A stretch of DNA of 64,000 nucleotides from Chiloscyllium plagiosum (Eukaryota): NCBI RefSeq assembly GCF_004010195.1, contig NC_057755.1:635581-699580 (forward strand). Direction: 5' to 3'. This document shows, piece after piece, positions 52,530 to 64,000 of the stretch. Both the position numbers and the translations under genes were made by a program. The notes under the pieces were generated by a model, which saw nothing but the letters and a program-made list of their open reading frames with translations, was not told the origin of the DNA and did not search any database. Every line of letters begins with the position of its first letter. The stretch's first letter is position 1.

Positions 52530-54820
52530 TGTAGATTGTCCGACCAGAGGGGAGGTCATATTGGATTTGGTACTTGGTAACGACCGGGACAAGTGATGGG
52601 CTTGTTAGTGGGTGAGCATTTTGGTGATGGTGACCACAATTCTGTGACTTTCACCTTGGTTATGGAGAGAGATAGGTGCGTGCAACAGGGTAGGTTTTAC
52701 AATTGGGGGAAGGGGTAAATACGATGAGGTAAGACAGGATCTGAGGAGCATAACTTGGGAGCATAGGCTGTCAGGGAAGGATGTCGTGGAAATGTGGAAC
52801 TTTTTCAAGGAACAGATACGACGTGTCCTTGATATGTATGTACCTGTCAGGCAGGAAAGAGATGGTCGTGTGAGGGAACCTTGGTTGACGAGGGACGTTG
52901 AATGTCTTGTAAAGAGGAAGAAGGAGGCTTACATAAGGTTAAGGAAACAAGGTTCAGACAGAGCGTTGGAGGGATACAGGATAGCCAGAAGGGAGCTGAA
53001 GAAAGGAATTAGGACAGCTAAGAGAGGGCATGAAAAATCTTTGGCGGATAGGATCAAGGATAACCCCAAGGCATTTTATGCTTCTGTGAGAAACATGAGA
53101 ATGACGAGAACGAGGGTAGGTCCGATCAAGGACAGTAGTATTGAGTCTGTGTACTGAGTCGGAACAGATAGGAGAGTTCTTGAATGAGTACTTTTCTTCA
53201 GTATTTATAAATGAGAAGGACCGTATTGTTGAAGAGGATGGTGTCAAACGGACTGGTAAGCTAGAAGAGATACTTGTTAGGAAGGAAGATTTGTTAGGCA
53301 TTTTGAACAACTTGAGGATAGACAAGTCCCCCGGACCTGACGGGATATATCCTAGGATTATGTGGGAAGCAAGAGAGGAAGTTACAGAGCCGTTGACAAT
53401 GATCTTTTCGTCTTCACTGTCAACGGGGGTGGTACCAGGGGACTGGAGAGTGGCGAATGTTGTGCCCCTGTTCAAAAAAGGGAATAGGGATAACACCTGG
53501 AATTACAGGCCAGTTAGTCTTACTTCGGTGGTTGGCAAAGTAATGGAAAGGGTACTGAGGAATAGGATTTATGAGTATCTGGAAAGACACTGCTTGATTA
53601 GGGACAGCCAGCACACATTTGTGAAGGGGAGGTCTTGCCTTACAAGTCTTACTGAATTCTTCGAGGAGGTGACCAAGCATGTGGATGAAGGTAGAGCAGT
53701 GGATGCAGTGTACATGGATTCTAGTAAGGCATTTGATAAGTTTCCCCATGGTAGGCTTATGCAGAAAGTCAGGAGGCATGGGATAGAGGGAAATTTGGCC
53801 AATTGGATAGAAAACTGGCTAACCGGTCGAAGTCAGAGAGTGGTGGTAGATGGTCAATATTCAGCCTGGAACCCAGTTACAAGTGGAGTTCGGCAGGGAT
53901 CAGTTCTGGGTCCTCTGCTGTTTGTAATTTTTATGAATGACTTGGAAGAGGGAGTCGAAGGGTGGGACAGTAAATTGGCAGATGATACAAAGATTGGTGG
54001 AGTTGTGGATAGTGAGGAAGGCTTTTGTTGGCTGCAAAGAGACTTAGAAATGATGCAGAGCTGGGCTGAGGAGTGGCAGATGGAGTTCAACCCTGTCAAG
54101 TGTGAGGTTGTCCATTTTGGAAGGACAAATAAGAATGCGGAATACAGGGTTAACGGTAGGGTTCTTAGTAAGGTGGAGGAGCAGAGGGATCTTGGGGTCT
54201 ATGTTGATAGATCTTTGAAAGTTGCCACTCTTTTGGATAGAGCTTGTAAGAAGGCCTATGGTTTATTAGCATTCATTAGCAGAGGGATTGAATTCAAGAG
54301 TCGTAAAGTGATGTTGCAGCTGTCCAGGACCTTGCTTAGGCCACATTTGGAGTACTGTGTGCTTTGGAGAGTGTGCAGAGAAGATTTACCCGGATGTTGC
54401 CTGGAATGGAGAATAGGTCGTACGAGGATAGGTTGAGAGGCCTTTTCTCATTGGAGTGGCGAAGGATGAGGTGTGACTTGATAGAGGTTTATAAGATGAT
54501 CAGAGGAATAGATAGAGTCGACAGTCAGAAACTTTTTCCCCGGGTACAATAGAGTGTTACAAGGGGACATAAATTTACGGTGAAGGGTGGAAGGTATAGG
54601 GGAGATGTCAGGGGTGGGTTCTTTACCCAGAGAGTGGTGGGGGCATGGAATGCGCTGCCTGTGGGAGTGGCAGAGTCAGAATCATTGGCGACCTTTAAGC
54701 GGCAATTGGATAGGTACATGGATGGGTGCTTAAGCTAGGACAAATGTTCGGCACAACATCGTCGGCCGAAGGGCCTGTTCTGTGCTGTATTGTTCTATGT
54801 TCTATATTCTATGTTCTATG
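52530..54820 (+). mobile_element. CR1 LINE, second subfamily, with a 431-aa RT ORF (53141-54436) but non-functional
   Basis: [52 protein letters not shown]; frameshifts at both ends; (ttctatg)n tail. Confidence 0.95.
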
Positions 54821-56009
54821 AATTGTAATCACAAAGCCGCACATATTGCTCTGGCAACAAAACAGGCGCCTTTCACAGTAGAAATGATCAAAAAGAATAT
54901 ACCCAAGCACGTACGTTTAACACAAATTTGAAAGGAATGAATATGTAATAAATTCATAGTTTCACTAAGTTCAAAACAATGCATGAACTGAAAAGAAAGA
55001 AAATGACATTAATGCAGTCATATAGGAGTATGAGAGAATCGAATGCACATAAAGACATGATTAAGTAAAGAGTTATACGGTAGGACTAATTATAGATGAA
55101 CAGGAAGAGGATTAAATACAGGGTTCATAATATAGAAGACCGAATACAGATAACGGCTTATATACAGAGCAACAGGGAGAAGCATAAATACAGAGTGAGC
55201 GAAGATGAAAGACACAGTAATGAGGAGAGAATTAAACACTGGAGAAGAGTGTGGATTACATACAAGAGATCAGAGATGCAATTAAATGTAGATTAGCAGA
55301 GGAGGTTTGCACACAGGGAAATATAATCGCTTAAATGCTAGGAAATAGAGTGGAACGCATACAGGGCAATAAGACGATTAAATGCAGGGTAACAGAGATT
55401 ATTTCCAGCTTTAGTCAATTTGGGTGGGAGGTGATGTTGGGCAGGAGCCTCTTTTCAAATTTCAAGGCATCAAAGTTGAGCCTTGGCTCTCACCGTGGCC
55501 ATCCCCACAATTAGTTGCCTCCATGTTGCACTGCCTCCTGGGACCAGCTCTCTCCACGTCACTGACTGCCCCCTCATTCCCATTCCAGTTGTCATTACAC
55601 CTCATACAACATCATTCCTCACACCTCCCCGTTCCATCCTGCCTTCGCTTTTTCATGACGACTAAAGTGGTCTGACATAATGCCATTCTGCTATTGGCCT
55701 TGTTCTGTTCCACTTTACCCTGTCAGAATGAGCTAAATTGCCTCGTTCACTTCTTCGATATCATTCTCAAGAAGACTTTTGGTATTCAGTCACAGAATGA
55801 AGGCGTCGCTGGCCAGCATCAGTATTTATTGCCCATACCTAATTTCCGAGAGGGCTGTTTAGTGTCAACCACATTACTGTAGGTCTGGAGTCACGTCTAG
55901 TCCTGACCAGGCAAGGATCCAGTTTCTCTCTCACAAAGGCATGAACGAACCGGCAAGCAACTTAGGATCATCCTTAAACTCCAGGCTGAATTTCTGAGAT
56001 TCATTGTAG

Positions 56010-57754
56010 CCGCAGAAATTGGGGGAGATACTGAATGAGAATTTTGCGTCAGTATTTACTGTGGAAAAGGATATGGTTGATATAGACTGTAGGGAAATAA
56101 ATGGTAACATCTTGCAAAATTTCCATATTACAGAGGAGGAAGTACTGGATGTCTCGAAATGGGTAAAGGTGGATAAGTCCCTAGGACCGATCAGGTGTAC
56201 GCTAGAACTCTCTGGGAAGCCAGAGAAGTGATTGCCGGGCCTCTTGCTGAGATTTTTGTATTATCCATAGTCACAGGTGACGCGCTGGAAGACTGGAGGT
56301 TGGCAAACCTGGTGCCATTGTTTAAGAAGGATGGTAAGGATAAGGCAGGGAACTACAGACCAGTGAGAATGACGTCGGCGGTGGACAAGTGTTTGGAGGG
56401 AATCCTGAGGGACAGGACGTACATGTATTTAGAAAGGCAACGACTGAATAGGGATAGTCAACATGGCTTTGTGCGAGGGAAATCATGTCTTACAAACTTG
56501 ATTGAGTTTTTTTAGGATGTAACAAAGAGGATTGATGAGGGCAGAGCGGTCGATGTGATCTATATGGACTTCAGTAAGGCTTTGACAAGGTTTCCCATGG
56601 GAGATTGATTAGCAAGGTTAGATCTCACGGAATACAGGTAGAACTAGCCATTTGGATACAGAACTGGCTGAGAGGTAGAAGACAGAGGGTGGTGGTGGAG
56701 AGTTGTTTTTCAGACTGCAGACCTGTGACCAGTGGAGTGCCACAAGGATCGGTGCTGGATCCTCTACTTTCTGTCATTTGCATAAATGATTTGGATGCGA
56801 GCATAAGCGGGACAGTTCGTAAGTTTGCAGATGACAACAAAATTGGAGGCGTTGTGGACAGCGAAGAGGATTACCTTAGATTACAAAAGGATCTTGACCA
56901 GATGGGCCACAGGGTTGAGAAGTGGCTTATGGAGTTTTATTCAGATAAATGCGAGGTGCTGCAATTTGGGAAAGCAAATCTTTGCAGGACTTATACACTT
57001 AATGGTGAGGTCCTAGGGAGTGTTGCTGAACAAAGAGACCTTCGAGTGCAGGTTCATAGCTCATTGAAAGTGAAGTCGCAGGTAGATAGGTTCCTGAAGA
57101 AGGCGTTTGGTATGCCTTCCTTTATCGGTCAGAGTATTGAGTAAAGGAGTTGAAAGGTCATGTTGCGGCTGTACAGGACATTGGTTAGGCCACTGCTGAA
57201 ATACTGCGTGCAATTCTGGTCTCCTTCGTATCGGAATGATGTTGTGAAACTTGAAAGGGTTCAGAAAAGAATAACAAAGATATTTCCACGGTTGGACATT
57301 TGAGCAATAGTCAGAGGCTGAGCAGGCTGGGGCTGTGTTCCCTGGAGCCTCGAAGACTGAGGGGTGAACTTATAGATGTTTATAAAATTATGAGTAGCAT
57401 GGATAGGGTAAATAGGCAAAGTATTCTCCCTGTGGTCGGGGAGTTCAGAACGAGTGGGCATTGGTTTAGGGTGAGTGGGGAAAGATATAAAAGAGACCTA
57501 CAGGGCAACTTTTTCACAAAGAGAGTGGTACGTATAAGGAATGAGCATCCAGAGGAGGTGGTGGATGCTGGTACAATTGCAACATTTAAGAGGCATTTGT
57601 TTGGGTATAGCAATAGGAAGGTTTGGAGGGATATCGGCCGTGTGCTGGCAAGAGGGACTGGATTGGGTTGGGATATCTGGTCGGCATGGACAGGTTGGAC
57701 CGAAGGATCTGTTTCCATGCTATTCATCTCTATGACTCTATGACTATGACTCTA
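56010..57754 (+). mobile_element. 5'-truncated CR1 LINE (same subfamily as 1-2356)
   Basis: QHGFVRGKSCLTNL, GVPQGSVL, KFADDNK; (atgactct)n tail; multiple stops. Confidence 0.95.
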
Positions 57755-57756
57755 TA

Positions 57757-58003
57757 ATAGCCTCCGCCTGTTTCTGTGCGACAAGTTGAAGAAGGAGATG
57801 AATTACCTGCGACTGTTTCTGTGGGGCGGGTTGGAGAAGGAGATGAATTGCCTCCTCATGTTCCAGTGGGACAGACTGGCGAAGGGGCTGAATTGCCTCC
57901 TACTTTTCCTGTGGGACAGGCTGGAAAAGAGGCTGAATAGCCTTCTCTTGTTCCTGTGGGACGGGCTGGAGAAGGAGATGAATTGCCTTATCCTGTTCCA
58001 GTG
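57757..58003. repeat. 45-bp minisatellite, ~5.5 diverged copies
   Basis: Unit attgcctcct.ctgttcctgtgggacaggctggagaaggagatga. Confidence 0.9.
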
Positions 58004-58184
58004 TTCTTGGCTATGTCTCTGCCAACAGCACAGTCATTCCATCATTAAAAACTAAGCAATGCTTTATCCATTGAATTTTGTAAAATAGTCTGTCAGTGAA
58101 ATTTTCAAATACCTGCGTTTCTGTTCTGCCGTTGAGCAAAATATTAAATGAAGACTGCTTACAGTATTAAAAATACTGCACCGT

Positions 58185-58477
58185 GGGCGGCACGGTGGCA
58201 CAGTGGTTAGCACTGCTGCCTCACAGCACCAGAGACCCCGGTTCAATTCCCTCTTCAGGCGACTGACTGTGTGGAGTTTGCACGTTCTCCGGGTGCTCCG
58301 GTTTCCTCCCACAGTCCAAAGATGTGCAGGTCAGGTGAATTGGCCATGCTAAATTGCCCGTAGTGTTAGGTAAGGGGTAAATGTAGGGGTATGGGTGGTT
58401 TACGCTTCGGCGGGTCGGTGTGGACTTGTTGGGGCGAAGGGCCTGTTTCCACACCGTAATGTAATCTAATCGAATCT
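58185..58477 (+). mobile_element. Near-complete HE1-type tRNA-derived SINE
   Basis: Box A tggcacagtgg, box B ggttcaattcc, CR1-like 3' end gaagggcctgtttcc, (taatc)n tail. Confidence 0.92.
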
Positions 58478-60499
58478 ATTCACTGTCAACTAGTGGGATA
58501 TTTCTATATGCATGTTACTCGGTTAACCATTGAAACGGCCAGGCAAATGGCAGATCACGTAGGAAGTGACAAAGCTTTATTCTTTTTGGGAGAGCGAGAT
58601 AATATACATTAAGTGCCCCAGTTTTGGAGGGGACATAATAACATTAAGACTTGGAGGTGTGCACTTCTTTTTGGGAAAGTGATTGAGTAGGTTGAGCAGG
58701 ATGGTAAAAAAAAAGTACAAAGTGAAATTAGAATATAAAGGGAAGGGAAATGTTATTGAATCCTTATAATTCACCGTTTCAGCCACAGTTGGGGGAACAG
58801 ACTGGATTTGAACTCTTGAAAAGCGAATGGCTTGTATTGGTTAAAATTTAGATTCATTATTCCTGAACACTACACTTTTGGAAGGATGGCAATGCCTTTG
58901 GTAGGCTGTAGGAGGAGATTAACAGTAGTGAACACAGAAACAGGCCATTTAACCCACACAAGCTTGTTCTGGCATCCACTGGCTGATCTGTTGTCTAACT
59001 CAATGTACCTGTATTTGTACCTTATCCATTAATACCTACGTTTAACAAAAAAAAAACTGCTTCAAATGAAAATTAACAACTAATTCATCATCCACTCCTG
59101 CTTGTGGAAGAGAGTGCGAAACATTCACCAACCTTTTTGTGTGGAGATGCTTCCAAATATCTTTCCAGAACATCTTTCTGGCCCTACTTCACAGACTATG
59201 TCACTTTGTGCTCGAATCCCCACTCATTGGAAATTGTGAATCTTTATACATCCTCTCTCCTCAGTTCTCGAGATACAAGGCCTAATTTGTCCAGTCTCAC
59301 TTCATAACTGAACTCCAAACTTGAGGTATCACCCTTGGAAACCTACATTGTTCTCCTTCCATGGCCAAGAGATCCTTCTTAAGGTGTGGTGCCTAGGTCT
59401 GCTCACCATTCTCCAAGTGCGAACTAACCAGAGTTTTGCAAATCTGTGGCCTTATGTGGGATGAGAACATCTCTGGTTCGGACAGCATTTTTTATTGCAC
59501 ATCCCAGACAGCAGTCAAGAGTAAACCACATTGCTGTCAGTCTAGAGTTACATATAGGCCAGACCAGATAAGAATGGGGATTTTCTTACCGAAAGAAATA
59601 AGTGAAACTTTACTTGTTAATTTTCTTTTCCTCAAAAATGCTAAGGCAAAATGTTTAATCATTGTGTTTGACATTTCTCTGTAACCATTGAAAATATCCC
59701 TTGTAAGCTTTATTTTCGTATGGTCTGATCTATTTGCTTAATTAGTGGACCTCGTTTTACATTAATAACGAGAAGTGGTTTATTATCTTTGAAAACAAGA
59801 TGCATAAATATGTAAATTTACAAATCAGTCTTTCCCTCTAATATCCTAAGGACCTTTACTGTTATGAAATATCAATTCCAAAAGACTGTTTTAATTTTCC
59901 CGGTAACAGCTCTTCGAACTGGAGTTGAGGCTTTTTTTTCCTATTCCCAATTTTCCTGCTTCTTTGTCCTGATATTCTCTGGAGTGCGTATGGGAACTTG
60001 TTGATTTGATTGGCTTCTTTTACCTATGAACTGGAAATGCTGTTGTTGGATTGGGGTGAACAAGGTCAGAAGTGACACGACACCAAGTTATCATCCAACA
60101 AACTTATTTGAAATCGCAAGCTTTCATGTGACTTTTGGCCTTCTCTTAGCTAGTTTACCACGTTACAATGGCTTCGAAGCAGTTTGATGTAAAAACGTAA
60201 CAAGCATAAGTTAAATTCAGTTCCTATCCCAGGAAGGGTGTGACATAAAACAGTATTGGAAGTATTATTTTCCAATTTTTAATTGAGCCACCCCGAAAAC
60301 AGCTCGACTGAAACTGAGGTCTATTGTTCCACCAGAAATCTCGTGGCAATATCTCATCAACACCATATTCAATGTTCAGTCAAGGTGAAGGCTTGCACAT
60401 CAGTCTGGCTTGATTCAATTTGTCAGTGAATTCTACAAGCTTCCTGTTTTTATGTCATAGTTCCACTGCTTATTAACACTAGTTCAATGTAATCAATCA

Positions 60500-62100
60500 A
60501 GATAATGGGATTGTGCAACTGGTCCTACCACAGTGATGCCAGTAGCGAAACCAGGATTCCTGTTCCAGGTTCAAAACGCTTCTGCTGTAGACTCCACTGA
60601 TGGCATCTTCCTCCAGCGTCACTGCCACAAGGAAAAGAAGAGCAAGATGAAGATGAAGGTGAGACGGAAAAGTTGAAAGAAGTTTCAACCGGTCTGGTGT
60701 GCGGAATCAAGTGTGCTTAGGAGCCTATCAACGCCTACCATCTGAAAAGGAAAAAAAAATCTATGAGGGAGGTTCTGCAGGGCTCAAGTGTTTCACCTGT
60801 GAAGTGAGACTAGAAAGGCTGGGATTTGTTTTGGTCAAATTTACCGATGTCAAGCCAGTGTGTTTCTCTGACCACTGTTTCCTGCTCGTCAGCAAGTTAA
60901 CGAGTAGTCTGAACATGAAACTGCCGATACCAGAAACCATGGAGGAGCTAAAAATGGAGGTTGGAGAATCGTGAAGTCTCACTTTGAATCTCCCTCGGTG
61001 TTAATCCGTCTACGGGAATATCAAGAGGTCATTTATTCTTGAATATCTTCTAAAGGTGAGAGAGAACGGGGTAAACTGTCCAAACTACAGAAAAGTGTGC
61101 CGAACCTACTCTAGCTGTAGATGATGGGGGACGATGTCATGGAGGATCACCAGGAGGTGAAGATCTAGCAAATGTCACTCTTTATCTGAGAAGCCTCCAA
61201 GGTAATCTCCTGGTCCAGGGTCCACACTGTGGAGCAGGAAGAGACGAGGTCACGTTTGCTCTTCGAGAATTTGCACAGGGAGAGCTCTGTGCTCAGAGCC
61301 TGAAAGGAGAAAATGGATCTGTAACGCTTTCTCAACCTGCCACCCTGAGGATCGGCAAATCCTTATATGTCAGACTGTGCGACATGAAGCCCACAGACAG
61401 CGCAGCTTCCCAGTCATTCCTCCCTGCCATATCGGTCTTCGATGACAGCACACAGGAGAGGTTGCACCAGCCGTTATCTCTCAATCTGATGACCAAAGCC
61501 CTCAAGTCCTGAGAAAAGAGTAAGACTCTAGGAAGTGATGGGTTACGAGCCAAGTCCTCTTCGCCTTTGTGCGACTTGATTGGTCAGGACCTGTTGGAAG
61601 TGAACAACTCTATGCTTCCAACAGGTAGACTGTGTGAATCCATGATGAAAGGTATCATCCCCCTCATCTACAGTCGGTGGCGGGAGATGGACTACCAATT
61701 TCATTGGTGAATGGAATTGAAAATGTCCTGAAATAGGTCATCATCAACTTCGTCAGTTCTGCTTTGGGATCAGTGATTCATCCCGAACAGACTTGATCTG
61801 TACAGGCAGCCTCACAATTCTCAGTGATAGAATCACGTCCGTGCAGGACGGGAAGTTGGAAACCTGCCTCCTCAGCCTGCACCAGAATGTCCTTGACAGG
61901 ATCTCACACACATCCATGTGGGATCTTCCCGCCAAAGTAGGCTGTGGAGACGAATCTGCAAATGAATCCGACTGCTCTCCACCAGCATTATTAGTGCAGC
62001 GTCAATCAATGAATGGGAAACAGATAGTTTCTCGTTCAGATTCATAATCAGACAGGGCTGTGCACTTTCACATTTCCTGTCGCATTTTTGTCCTGGAAGC
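60500..62100 (+). mobile_element. Degraded Tx1-type LINE ORF2, copy D
   Basis: KPVCFSDHCFLL..LNMKL, VIHPEQT, VQDGKLETCLLSLHQNVLDRISHTSMW. Confidence 0.78.
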
Positions 62101-62763
62101 ACCTGACTCATTGTTTGAAAACATTCAGCTATTTCTTCTTTAGCAAATGTCAATCCACGGAGAACCTCTTCACTGGGATTCCTCAAACCACCACTGCACG
62201 TTATTTCGATGCAATACCAATGTTTCAGATTCAAATTCGTTATTCTCTATCTTAATAAACAATTCAAACATTTTAAGATCGTTCTTCCCACATGGAGCAA
62301 TATTGTAAAATCATGCAATTGCGTTGTCTCTGTACGTTTTGGAGAAAGTATATTAAATTGCTGCATACTTTCATTTGTTCTGTTGCATTAATTCAGATCT
62401 GTGAGATGTAGAAAGTTAGTCCTTCAAATGTGTTATTCCTGTCCAAATACAGCAAGCGTCATCATAAATAATAACAAATATAGGTGAGGTTTTGACAGTA
62501 ACTGTATAACATAACGGATACATTGTTGGGGATATCCCTAAAATGAGGAAGAAGCGCGTCGTAAAGAACACTGTCCCTGAATGTGTGAGATATGTGAGGG
62601 AAGGGTTTGATCCTAAAGCTTAGGATTCTTAAGCAAAACATTTTCAGGGATCCAGAACGTGTTTTTTGGACGCTTTTCATTTTCACTCACAGTTTTACTA
62701 TTGCAAGTGGTCAGCTTCATTTCCCTGCTAACTGAGCTTTATCTCAGCTTCCCAACATTCTCT

Positions 62764-63007
62764 GGCATAAGCCCTTCTTCAGGAATAAGGAAGGCTAAGA
62801 TAAAAGGTAGGGAGGAGGGACTTGGGGGAGGGGTGTTGGGAATACGATAGGTGGAAGGAGGTTAAGGTGAGGGTGATAGGCTGGAGAGGGGATGGGGGCG
62901 GAGAGATCGGGTAGAAGATTGCAGGTCAAGAAGGCGGTGCTGAGTCCGAGGGCTGGGACTGAGATAAGGTGGGCGGAGAGGAAATGAGAAAGCTGGAGAA
63001 ATCTGCA
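62764..63007 (-). mobile_element. Penelope 3'/terminal fragment, broken inside the hammerhead
   Basis: Matches the 14850-15030 family; ends at cctgaagaagggcttatgcc. Confidence 0.82.
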
Positions 63008-64000
63008 GATTCTGTTCCACCCCAGAAAATCCCACACTCCAAGATATACTAAAGTTGTTCTGAGACATTCTCGACCATTGGCACTGTTGACACAGTATAC
63101 CATCCTCGATACTTTCAAGTCAGAACTGAGGATTCTGTTAGATTCACTCAATCACTTTATGTTTATCCACTGCTGCTATTTGATGTTAAAACAGCAACAT
63201 ATTGACTTTATAAATAAGGATAAACAAAATAAAACTGGGGAGTTGGGAGTTCATGTCTGTTTGAGTGCAGCATTGATTGACCAGATTGATAGCCGGACAG
63301 CAATGATTTCAATGACGAGGGAGTGAAATGACGCAAACCCAGAATTGAATTCCTCAAACTTATCAGGGTCTGAGATGAGAAAGGTTTTCAAGAGAATAAT
63401 GGAATCTGTTGATACTGAATGGACTGAAAGGCTTCTCGTTGCCTCTGGATTTAGGACTAAGACAAGCATCTAAAAGTTTATAAATGGCCTGACATCTTTC
63501 CAAGACTGAAATAAATGAAGAATGCCTCACATTTCTCTACATTATAGTGCACAGACTATTTTGCGCTCATTCACTCACTGAACATGTCCTTCCCATTCTC
63601 AGTGTTCCTATGTCCTCCTTGTCTTTTACTGTCCCACCCAACATTGTGCTATCAACAAACGTGACACATGATCCCATTGACAGAGCTTAAACATGGCTGT
63701 GTCCGGAGAAATGTTACTTGGAGGAGTTGACAATACCAGCCTGATATCATGAAGATGACATATTTATTCCTGCTCTCTTTTTTTCTGTCCATTATCATTT
63801 CTCACACCATTTCCCCATCAATACACACCTCCTTGATAACATTGACCTCCGCTCGAACATTTTCAAAATTTTATATTTTTGCATCTTTGTGTGCCCAAAT
63901 CCTTCCGTGGTCTCACTCCTCCAACTCCCTTGAAATCGTTCCATCCCATCATCAGTCAGATGTTTCAGGTTTCTTCTGTGTACATGTGCAGTACACTTCG

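Larger units (their letters stand above)
49846..55000. repeat. Segmental duplication unit, partial and more diverged copy C
   Basis: 50040~38170, 50490~38510, 50810~42020, 52130~43180, 54830-54990~44185-44350; lacks the intronic CR1 seen in A and B. Confidence 0.8.
55010..64000. repeat. Segmental duplication unit, inverted copy D (runs off the window)
   Basis: Reverse-complement matches: 55330-55410~5110-5215, 58560-58795~31140-31370, 59700-60500~28240-29200, 62100-62763~47935-48600, 63020-64000~46380-47350. Confidence 0.85.

Noticed and set aside
53141..54436. Longest ORF (431 aa) as a functional or domesticated reverse transcriptase
   Set aside because: Internal part of a 5'-truncated CR1 with frameshifts on both sides and substitutions in conserved motifs (QHTF, DSSKAF, GVRQG, LADD)
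57757..58055. CRISPR-like array or leucine-rich repeat protein
   Set aside because: Contiguous diverged units without unique spacers, no cas genes, eukaryotic context; the ORF is a by-product of the 45-bp period
58185..58260. tRNA gene
   Set aside because: Boxes A and B belong to a SINE head that continues into the SINE body and a LINE-like tail
1..64000. Prokaryotic-type novel system (retron, DGR, defence island) suggested by the many RT ORFs
   Set aside because: All RT fragments fit eukaryotic non-LTR or Penelope clades, are broken, and show no operon structure

Overview
Eukaryotic, repeat-dominated DNA with two N-gaps. The CR1-like LINEs, HE1-type tRNA SINEs, Penelope-like elements and the GPCR type point to a shark or other cartilaginous fish (inference). 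No intact protein-coding gene is present. Under the transposons, the window is an array of one diverged ~21-27 kb segmental-duplication unit: tandem copies A (~2.4-29.1 kb) and B (~29.1-49.8 kb), a deleted copy C (~49.8-55 kb) and an inverted copy D (~55 kb to the end). Copies A-C each hold parts of a two-exon GPR139/142-like orphan GPCR gene on the - strand, and all three are dead by different lesions. In copy B I could rebuild a TATA box, a 67-bp exon 1, a 7.3-kb GT-AG intron and exon 2; the ORF track does not show this. Several Penelope-type terminal fragments carry minimal hammerhead-ribozyme motifs and sit between target duplications of 12 to >=308 bp. There are also several local tandem or templated duplications. 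All alignments were done by eye, so repeat boundaries are approximate unless stated.
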